Assembly: GCA_963662585.1 (NCBI GenBank)
Contig: OY759729.1
Coordinates: forward strand, 2,496,001 to 2,560,000
Direction of reading: 5' to 3'
DNA length: 64,000 nt
DNA from: Candidatus Cloacimonadales bacterium
Lineage (GTDB): Bacteria > Cloacimonadota > Cloacimonadia > Cloacimonadales > JAFGVF01
The notes under the pieces: model-generated
Databases searched by the model: none
What the model was told of the DNA's origin: nothing
What the model saw: only the letters and a program-made list of their open reading frames with translations
Position numbers and translations under genes: made by a program
Shown: piece after piece, positions 56,883 through 64,000 of the stretch
Numbering within the stretch: the stretch's first letter is position 1
Layout: the number at the start of each line of letters is the position of its first letter

Positions 56883-59800
56883 TTGCGTAAGATTCTACTA
56901 ATAGCGATATTGTTAATAAATATCTTATTTCTTAATGCTCAATACTTTGGCAGAAATAAGATTCAAGATAGAAAAGAAGAGTGGTCTGAGTTAAATACTA
57001 TCCATTTTGATATTTATTTCCCTAAAGGTAGCGATGAGTTTGGTAAGATGATTTCTATTATTGCTGAAGATGCTTATTATTATCTTAGAGAAAGTTTTAA
57101 TACTCCTCTTAAAGGGAGAATTCCTCTTATAGTTTATCCTTCACAACAAGATTTTATGACAACAAATGTGATTAGTCAACTACTATCAGAAGGTGTTGGA
57201 GGATTTACAGAGAGCTATAAAAATAGAGTAGTTATTCCTTTTAATGGATCTTACAAAGATTTAGAAGATGTTTTAACTCATGAATTAACTCATGCTTATG
57301 TTAATGCTTTAGATAATCAAAGTGCTTTAAAAGGCTCTTATGGTTCTACTAATAGTAGATTACCTTTTTGGTTTACCGAGGGTTTGCCTGAATTTTTATC
57401 CTTAGTAGGAGAAGAGAAACATAACGATATGTTTATCTTAGATTTAGTTCTTAATGATAAACTCCAGCCTTTAGAACAGGTCGGGGGCTATTTTGCTTAC
57501 CGACAAGGTGAATCATTTCTTAACTTTATCAATAGCGAATATGGTAGAGATAAGGTAATGGAACTTTTCTATGCCTTTAGACATCAAGGTGATCCTGATA
57601 AAGTAGCAAAAGAACTTTTTGGTATGACTTTCCACAATCTAGAATTAAGCTGGAAAAACTATCTTAAAAGGAAATACTTACCTTATTTAACTGAAATGAA
57701 AATGCCTTATGAGTTTAGTCAGAGATTAACTGACCATGAAAATGAAGGTGGATCTAGGAATTATGGGGGAAGAATAAGTCCTGATGGCTCTAAATATATT
57801 TATTTCACAGATCGGAATTGGCGTCAAAGTGTTTGGTTAGGTAGCTTTTATGAACCTGAGAAAAACAATAAAAAGATTTTCACAGGTGAAGCTACAGGTA
57901 AGTTTGAAGGTTTTAACTATGATAAAAATAATCTTTGCTGGTTCCCTGATGGAGAAAAGTTTGCCCTTGTAGCAAAAACAGCTAAAGGTGATAGAATATA
58001 TTTTATGAACACCAAGGGGAAGGTTCTAGATATCATTGAGATTGAGGGAGTTGATTCAATTTTTGAATTGGATATTTCTGATGATGCCCAAAAAATGGTA
58101 TTCTCAGGGGCGTCAAATTTTCAAACAGATTTATACATCTATGATCTTGAAACTAAAGAGATAAATCAAATAACTAATGATATCTACTTCAATAGACAGC
58201 CTAATTTCTCTAAAGATTCTGCCAAAATAGCATTCGTTTCGGAAAGAGTACTAAATCCAAGACTCAGAGATGGTTACTTCTCAGGATTAACTAACCACAT
58301 CTATATTTATGATATCTTGAGTAAGAGCTTTGAACAGGTTACTTTTGGTGAAGACAATTACAAACTTCCTAAATGGATAGGAGCTAGCAGTGACTCTCTT
58401 TTTGTATTGAGTGATGAAAAGCTTTCTAATTTATATCTTTTAGATTTAGTAAATAATCAAAAAGCTCAAGTTACAAATGTTATCTCTGGTGTATTGAGCT
58501 ATGACATGAGTGATAATAGATCAAAGCTATTGTTCTCTGACTATCATGACCGAGGATGGGACTTGTATTACTATGATTATCCTTTAGATAATTTAACCAT
58601 GGAAGCTTATCCAAAACCAGTTCCTGTTGCTTTTGACAATGATAGAGAACTTTTCTTTAATGAAAATCGATATCAAGAAATAGGGAAAGCAGATAGAAAA
58701 TTCGAAAAGGTGTCTGTTGATTTAAGAAACTTTAAAGGTACTATCGTTGACTTCAATAAAGAGAGAGAAGTTGATAAGCCTGATAGTCTAGTATTCCTAA
58801 CTAATTTCCAAATTGATGATGTTCCTGATTCTTTAAGAGTTACTCCTACAATTGGGGATTATAAAGTAAAATTTAGATTAGATAATATCTGGGGTGGGGC
58901 AGGATACTCATCTTCAGATGGGGCCGTTGGCTTTGTCCAAGCTAGTTTTAGTGATTTAATGGGTAATCATGGTCTGGGAGTAAATCTCGGCTTAGCAGGG
59001 AAATTAGATGACTCTAGTTTATCCCTACGCTATTTATATTTGCCATACAGAGTAGATTTCGGTATAGGTGCTCATTACCTTAATTCCGAATCTATCTACA
59101 GAGACAGATATTCTCCAAATGTATTTTATAAAAAAAATGAACAGCAGATGGGCCTTAGTTTAATGACTAATTACCCACTTAATAAATTCTGGAGAATTGA
59201 ACTTACTAACTTAGTCTTTAATTATAAATCTGACTGGGATTTATCTCTAGATTATGAAGAGAATTGGACAGGGATTGGGGAAGAGCTTGATCCAGTTTTT
59301 TCTAAAGAAGATTATTTAATTTATAGACCAACTTTATCAATCGTTCATGATAATTCCCTTTATGGTCCAACTGGTCCTCTAATGGGCTGGCGAGGAGTCT
59401 ATACTCTTCAAGCTGATATCGGTACTAAGGAAGAGGAAAGTATTACTAATTACTTCGATATAAGAGGCTATAAGTTCTTTAATAAACGCTATGCAGTGGC
59501 TGGAAGAGTCTTAGGTGGATTCTCACGCGGTAAAGGTGCTTATGAATTTGAATTAGACTCTTTCCAAGGGGTAAGAGGTTATTATGATAATGAACCAGGT
59601 AGAAAAAACAAACTTATGACCAGTTTAGAACTTAGATTCCCCTTCTTAGATTATATGGATATAGCCTTCCCATTACCTCTTGTTTTAGGTAATATCAGAG
59701 GCGCTGTATTTACTGATGTGGGGGTGATTTGGGGTGAAAATGCTTATGATGAAGATTATAGCTTCGATGCTATAAAAGATAATAGATTAGAAGATATTAA

Positions 59801-59930
59801 AATGGGCTTTGGCTTTGGTCCAAGATTTAGTCTGGGCTATTTAGTCCTAAAATTCGATTTTGCTTGGGATACAGATTTAGTGGATTATGGGAAACCAACC
59901 TATTTCTTCAGTATCTATGAGGAATTTTAA
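56883..59930 (+). CDS. Peptidase-MA-like + TolB/PD40 beta-propeller + Omp85/BamA-type barrel fusion
   Basis: QYFGRNKIQ, HELTH (HExxH) with WFTEG, SPDG/WFPDG/PNFS repeats, VRGY, LELRFP, terminal F. Confidence 0.85.
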   Translation: MRKILLIAILLINILFLNAQYFGRNKIQDRKEEWSELNTIHFDIYFPKGSDEFGKMISIIAEDAYYYLRESFNTPLKGRIPLIVYPSQQDFMTTNVISQLLSEGVGGFTESYKNRVVIPFNGSYKDLEDVLTHELTHAYVNALDNQSALKGSYGSTNSRLPFWFTEGLPEFLSLVGEEKHNDMFILDLVLNDKLQPLEQVGGYFAYRQGESFLNFINSEYGRDKVMELFYAFRHQGDPDKVAKELFGMTFHNLELSWKNYLKRKYLPYLTEMKMPYEFSQRLTDHENEGGSRNYGGRISPDGSKYIYFTDRNWRQSVWLGSFYEPEKNNKKIFTGEATGKFEGFNYDKNNLCWFPDGEKFALVAKTAKGDRIYFMNTKGKVLDIIEIEGVDSIFELDISDDAQKMVFSGASNFQTDLYIYDLETKEINQITNDIYFNRQPNFSKDSAKIAFVSERVLNPRLRDGYFSGLTNHIYIYDILSKSFEQVTFGEDNYKLPKWIGASSDSLFVLSDEKLSNLYLLDLVNNQKAQVTNVISGVLSYDMSDNRSKLLFSDYHDRGWDLYYYDYPLDNLTMEAYPKPVPVAFDNDRELFFNENRYQEIGKADRKFEKVSVDLRNFKGTIVDFNKEREVDKPDSLVFLTNFQIDDVPDSLRVTPTIGDYKVKFRLDNIWGGAGYSSSDGAVGFVQASFSDLMGNHGLGVNLGLAGKLDDSSLSLRYLYLPYRVDFGIGAHYLNSESIYRDRYSPNVFYKKNEQQMGLSLMTNYPLNKFWRIELTNLVFNYKSDWDLSLDYEENWTGIGEELDPVFSKEDYLIYRPTLSIVHDNSLYGPTGPLMGWRGVYTLQADIGTKEEESITNYFDIRGYKFFNKRYAVAGRVLGGFSRGKGAYEFELDSFQGVRGYYDNEPGRKNKLMTSLELRFPFLDYMDIAFPLPLVLGNIRGAVFTDVGVIWGENAYDEDYSFDAIKDNRLEDIKMGFGFGPRFSLGYLVLKFDFAWDTDLVDYGKPTYFFSIYEEF

Positions 59931-60019
59931 TTTAATTGAGAATTTTAAGAAGACAAAGAGACAAAAGGAATGTAGGGGCCTATTGCTATATACCTTCTTG
60001 AATTTTCATGAATTAAGAA

Positions 60020-60190
60020 AATATCACCAAGGGATTAAATAGATTAGCCCAGGGTCTCATTCAAAGAAGTTTAAAAAAAACGAAGTTGAATTGACCCTGG
60101 GTAAAGAGTACCTTCAAAGATTACCCTGTAAGGGTTTAATAAGGAAAATAAGAATTGTTAAAAAGTGGTCAAGTTTTTAGGCTTGGAAAA
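60020..60190. repeat. Inverted copy of the family B element
   Basis: CCCAGGGTC...GACCCTGGG at 60048-60101; ACCCTGTAAGGGTTTAATA matches the reverse complement of ~3779-3797. Confidence 0.7.
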
Positions 60191-60210
60191 TAATCGCGAA
60201 TTAAGAGGAA

Positions 60211-60268
60211 TTAAATCCCCCAGGGATGACATCTAATCGGGAGTGTTGGCAAGATACTCCTATGAGGA
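60211..60268 (-). repeat. Diverged inverted partial copy of the family C element
   Basis: Reverse complement reads AGGAGTATCTTGCCAACACTCCCGATTAGATGTCATCCCTGGGGGATTTAA. Confidence 0.7.
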
Positions 60269-60399
60269 TACCTCTCAAAAGAGGTTCCACACGATAGCTG
60301 AGAATCATTAATAAAATGTAAATAGCACGATAAGGCATTGATAAACATAATTAAACGATCAAATTATGTAGAACAGTATTTCCTAACAAAGGAGTAGTA

Positions 60400-63300
60400 A
60401 TGAAAAAAGTAATATTCATACTAATAGTTTTATTAGGAGGAATTGTTTCTTCCTATAGTGAAACACTAAGTTTTTCTTTAAAAAATAGAGAGATAAATTT
60501 TATAAATGAAAATAATGGGGTAAGAATCACTCAAGCTGATAGCTACTACTCCGGGGATAATAATGAACCTTCTATTCCCATTCTGGCTCACTATTTTGAG
60601 ATTCCTGAATTTACGAAAATAGAATCTGTAGCGATTCAGCCAACTAATTTCAAAGATATTACTTTAAATAAAGCTCTGCTAAAACAACCTGAGCAGGTTA
60701 TCATGAGTCAGGAAACTTATCAAGGGCAAGAAGATCAAGCTTATCTAGGAGAAAATTTCCCACAATCATGGCTATTTAATTATGGCTCAAGCCTGGCAGG
60801 AAGCAAAAATGTAGCTTTTATCGCAGTTTATGCTTGTGGTTATAGTCCTGCAAATAAGAGTCTGCAAGTGCCTAGTGATTTTACTGTTAATATTACTCTT
60901 GCTTCAGCTCCAAAAGTAAAAAAAATGAGAGATTCAAGAATCACAAGGGAAATTCAGCAACAATTAAATCTTGGTTTTGATAGGGAATATGAAGAAGAGA
61001 CATATCTTTTAATTTATCCTCAGATGTTTGAAAATGCCTATCAAGCGCTTGTTAATTTTAGAAGACAAGAAGGACTTGAAGTTATTACTGCAACAAGTGA
61101 AACTATTTATGCAACTTATCCTGGTAGTGATAATGCAGAGAAAATTAGAAATTTCATTATTGAAAAATATGAAGATGCTAGTGTCGATTATGTTACTTTA
61201 GGTGCAGATACAGAGTATATTCCTGAAAGAAGATTATGGGCCTTTGATTGTAATTATGGGATTGAAGATGAGAATAACATTCCTGGTGATATCTATTATG
61301 CTAATCTTAATGGCGATTGGAATGCTAATCAAAATGAACTCTATGGGGAAGATGAGGATGAAGTTGATCTCTTCCCAGAAGTAGTTATTGGAAGATTACC
61401 TGCTATGACTACAAGTGATGTCGATGCTATAACAAATAAATTAATAGCTTATGAAATGGGGGCTTACCCAGATTATTCCCAAGGCTTAGGTCTTTCTCAA
61501 AACTTGTGGGATGATTCTAATAGTGTCTATGTTCAAGAATATATTGAAGAAATGTATTATCCTGACTTCATTAATAATGTTATTTTGAATGAAGATGAGA
61601 ATAATGTTGTTAATGCTCAGCTTAATTTTAATAGAAATCCTAATATAATCCAGCACACAGGTCATTGCTTTTGGAGTGTTATTGCTCTCGGGAGTGGGAC
61701 TATAAACGCTTCGTTCGTGAATGAAATGCAAAATGACTATGCTGGTGTAATGTATTCGATTGGCTGTTGGGCAGCAGCACTAGATTTTGATGCTATTGCT
61801 GAAAAATTACTCAGAGTACCTGAACATGGACTTTCTAGCTTTGTAGGAAATTCTCGTTATGGTTGGGGTGCTCCATCAGCTGATGGATTTGGCTTTTCTG
61901 AATTCTTCCAAAAAGAGTTTTCCAAACTACTATTCCAAGATAAAATTACTAATATTGCGACAGCCAATCAGTTACAGAAGATACCCTTTGTGGCTTATCA
62001 AAATGGTACTTCAGTCTATAAATGGTGTAGTTATCAGTTAAACACTCTCGGGGATAGTTATTACCATCTCTATATCGATGAGCCAAAGGAGCTATTAGTT
62101 GATTATAACTCTAATGGAGATAACTATACTCTCTTTGTCTATAATGAGCAGGGACCTCTAGCAAATGTGGTTGTATCACTTAATGCAAATAGCTTTCTGG
62201 TAACTGATAATAATGGAATAGTAAGCTTTATGGCTGAACCAAGTACTTTAATTACTCTTTATAAAGAAGGATATCAAATTAAAGAGTTGCTGTTAGAAAG
62301 TAGTTATGAAAGCTGTATCAGTGAGTACCAGCTTCCTGAAGTTGTCTCTCCTAATAGTGAAAGAATCATTAGCTTTAAAATCAAAAATGGCTTAGACATT
62401 GACCTTAGCTGGGAATTAAGGGTTAAAGAAGGGGAAACACTTTTAGGTCAAAGCTCTGGAAATCTTACAGCAGATATTATCTCAGATTGGCTTGAAGTTT
62501 CTTTCGACCAACCTCAGGGAAATATCTTAAGCTTAGAGCTCTATTCCAATACAAATAATGAAATTTTAGATACAAAACTTATCAATATAAATTTGGCTAA
62601 ACCAGAGATAGAGTTATCTAACTTTAATGTTAGCCCCTATCCCGTAGAATATGAAGGCTATAACACTTTTTCCTATACCGTTAAGAATACCTCTAATCAC
62701 TCTATTGAGATTTCTAATATAGAGTATTATTCAGATGAATTGCAAATTGGTATTGTATTGCCTATGAGAACAAGCTTAGAAGCAGGTGAAGAAGCTACTT
62801 TTGGCAGTGATTTTATTTTGCAAGAAGATGTTGATATTGCATCGATGAATATTAACTTTACCCTATCTAATGACTATTGGCAAGAGCAAACTAAATTATT
62901 CACTTACTTTTTCTCAGTTGGTCAACAAAGCTTAAGTGAGAACTTTGAAGCTGAACCTACTTGGTTTGAAGAATCTGCTTGGCAAAGAACTGATTTCTAT
63001 GCTTATGGTGGAGATTACTCCCTTACCTGTTCTCCTGAAACTTATGGAGAATATGATTTAGACTTACCGCTACTAAGCTATACTGACGATATAACACTAT
63101 CTTTTATGTATAAATATAAAATGCCAATGTATGGGGAAGATGGAATCTCTATCTATGTTATCACTGATGATATTCAAGAGAGAATTATCTTTTTAGGATC
63201 TGGGGGAGCATTAGATAATCAAGCAAAAGATCCTGATGATTTTATCTTTAGTGATTGGGCCGAATATTCGTTAAATTTAGGTGATTTACTCCTTAATAAA

Positions 63301-63744
63301 CCTGATATTGGTAGCGAATTTACTCTTAGATTCAGTTTTACTTATATTCAAGATTCTAGTGTGATTAACGATTATGCTACTATTCCGGAACTAGGAGTCT
63401 TCTTAGACAATATGCAACTTAGTCATAATGGACAAGTTGTTTCAAACGAAGAAGATATTGAAGCCCTAAATAATCATATTTCTCTCTATCCTAACCCTCT
63501 TAGGAATTCTCCTCTCTCACTTAAGCATAATAATAAAATAGGTGATGAATACGAAATTTATATCTATAATCTTAAAGGACAAAGGATTGCTTCTTACAAA
63601 AGTAGAATAAAAAGTATGGACAGAGATGCTATCCAACTGCCAATCTTCCAAAAAAATAGAGATCAACTTTCTTCAGGGATATATTTCGTGAAATATAAAA
63701 CGGTTGACACTTCTGAACTGAAAAAAATACTTTTCCTAAAATAA
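60400..63744 (+). CDS. C25 (gingipain-like) cysteine peptidase with propeptide and C-terminal T9SS-type/FlgD-Ig sorting-like domain
   Basis: DIYYANL.GDW, IGRLP, catalytic-type HTGH and SIGC, GNSRYGW; tail LYPNP...IYNLKGQ...LSSGIYFVK. Confidence 0.88.
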   Translation: MKKVIFILIVLLGGIVSSYSETLSFSLKNREINFINENNGVRITQADSYYSGDNNEPSIPILAHYFEIPEFTKIESVAIQPTNFKDITLNKALLKQPEQVIMSQETYQGQEDQAYLGENFPQSWLFNYGSSLAGSKNVAFIAVYACGYSPANKSLQVPSDFTVNITLASAPKVKKMRDSRITREIQQQLNLGFDREYEEETYLLIYPQMFENAYQALVNFRRQEGLEVITATSETIYATYPGSDNAEKIRNFIIEKYEDASVDYVTLGADTEYIPERRLWAFDCNYGIEDENNIPGDIYYANLNGDWNANQNELYGEDEDEVDLFPEVVIGRLPAMTTSDVDAITNKLIAYEMGAYPDYSQGLGLSQNLWDDSNSVYVQEYIEEMYYPDFINNVILNEDENNVVNAQLNFNRNPNIIQHTGHCFWSVIALGSGTINASFVNEMQNDYAGVMYSIGCWAAALDFDAIAEKLLRVPEHGLSSFVGNSRYGWGAPSADGFGFSEFFQKEFSKLLFQDKITNIATANQLQKIPFVAYQNGTSVYKWCSYQLNTLGDSYYHLYIDEPKELLVDYNSNGDNYTLFVYNEQGPLANVVVSLNANSFLVTDNNGIVSFMAEPSTLITLYKEGYQIKELLLESSYESCISEYQLPEVVSPNSERIISFKIKNGLDIDLSWELRVKEGETLLGQSSGNLTADIISDWLEVSFDQPQGNILSLELYSNTNNEILDTKLININLAKPEIELSNFNVSPYPVEYEGYNTFSYTVKNTSNHSIEISNIEYYSDELQIGIVLPMRTSLEAGEEATFGSDFILQEDVDIASMNINFTLSNDYWQEQTKLFTYFFSVGQQSLSENFEAEPTWFEESAWQRTDFYAYGGDYSLTCSPETYGEYDLDLPLLSYTDDITLSFMYKYKMPMYGEDGISIYVITDDIQERIIFLGSGGALDNQAKDPDDFIFSDWAEYSLNLGDLLLNKPDIGSEFTLRFSFTYIQDSSVINDYATIPELGVFLDNMQLSHNGQVVSNEEDIEALNNHISLYPNPLRNSPLSLKHNNKIGDEYEIYIYNLKGQRIASYKSRIKSMDRDAIQLPIFQKNRDQLSSGIYFVKYKTVDTSELKKILFLK

Positions 63745-63768
63745 AATCAAACATCTTAGGAGTCCAAA

Positions 63769-64000
63769 ATGGATAACACAAAAAAGATACTTGTCATTAA
63801 CTGTGGTAGCTCTTCTTTAAAGTATGAAGTCTATCTTATGCCAAGTAAAGAAAGTATCGGTAAAGGCTTAGTAGAGAGGATTGGAGAGACAGAAGGACAC
63901 ATCTGCCAAGAAAGTGCAACTGGAACCTATGACTTAGTTACCCCAATTAAAGATCATCAAGCTGCTATGGAATTAGTTGCCTATGCTCTTACTGATTCTA
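63769..64000 (+). CDS. ackA: Acetate kinase, 5' part (runs off the window; not in the ORF track)
   Basis: MDNTKKILVINCGSSSLKY...KGLVERIG; AGGAG RBS. Confidence 0.93.
   Translation, partial: MDNTKKILVINCGSSSLKYEVYLMPSKESIGKGLVERIGETEGHICQESATGTYDLVTPIKDHQAAMELVAYALTDS

Noticed and set aside
2317..62041. Other 60-105 aa ORFs nested in or antisense to long genes (e.g. 6075, 9322, 12502, 34784, 44083, 48937, 56381, 61486)
   Set aside because: They overlap well-supported CDSs and show no recognisable motifs; expected by chance.

Overview
AT-rich (roughly 30-33% GC by eye) chromosomal window from a diderm anaerobe. Cloacimonadota is my inference from the gingipain-like protease with a 'YPNP...IYNLKGQ...SSGIYF' tail, the Omp85/TolC/MCE genes and the anaerobic O2-defence genes. 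From left to right: (1) a glycan-use operon (GH20, GH38) with an unusual sugar ABC importer, made of a solute-binding-protein/permease fusion and a second permease carrying five GH42-like repeats, with no ATPase nearby; (2) a 1456-aa surface lipoprotein whose promoter has a perfect PerR-type box; (3) a PerR-FprA-ferritin-2x rubredoxin-ferritin-like-Bcp oxidative-stress cluster; (4) tandem VWA lipoproteins, osmC, tRNA-Lys and tRNA-Glu, a MATE pump, HU plus an unannotated 29-aa bS22-like ribosomal peptide, and tandem beta-barrel paralogs; (5) class I fumarase subunits and a TetR-RND-TolC pump; (6) an ~11.5 kb defence island (truncated sacsin-type GHKL, SNF2 helicase, type III Mod, an embedded RhuM/antirepressor-like + Doc pair, type III Res) bracketed by REP-like repeat fields that share a ~105 bp direct repeat; (7) lepB-hemW-GATase-like-MCE-peptidase/propeller/Omp85, a C25 protease and the start of ackA. 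The best candidates for an undescribed system are the repeat-bearing ABC importer and the composite SNF2/type III R-M/Doc operon. All protein calls come from motif recognition, not database searches.
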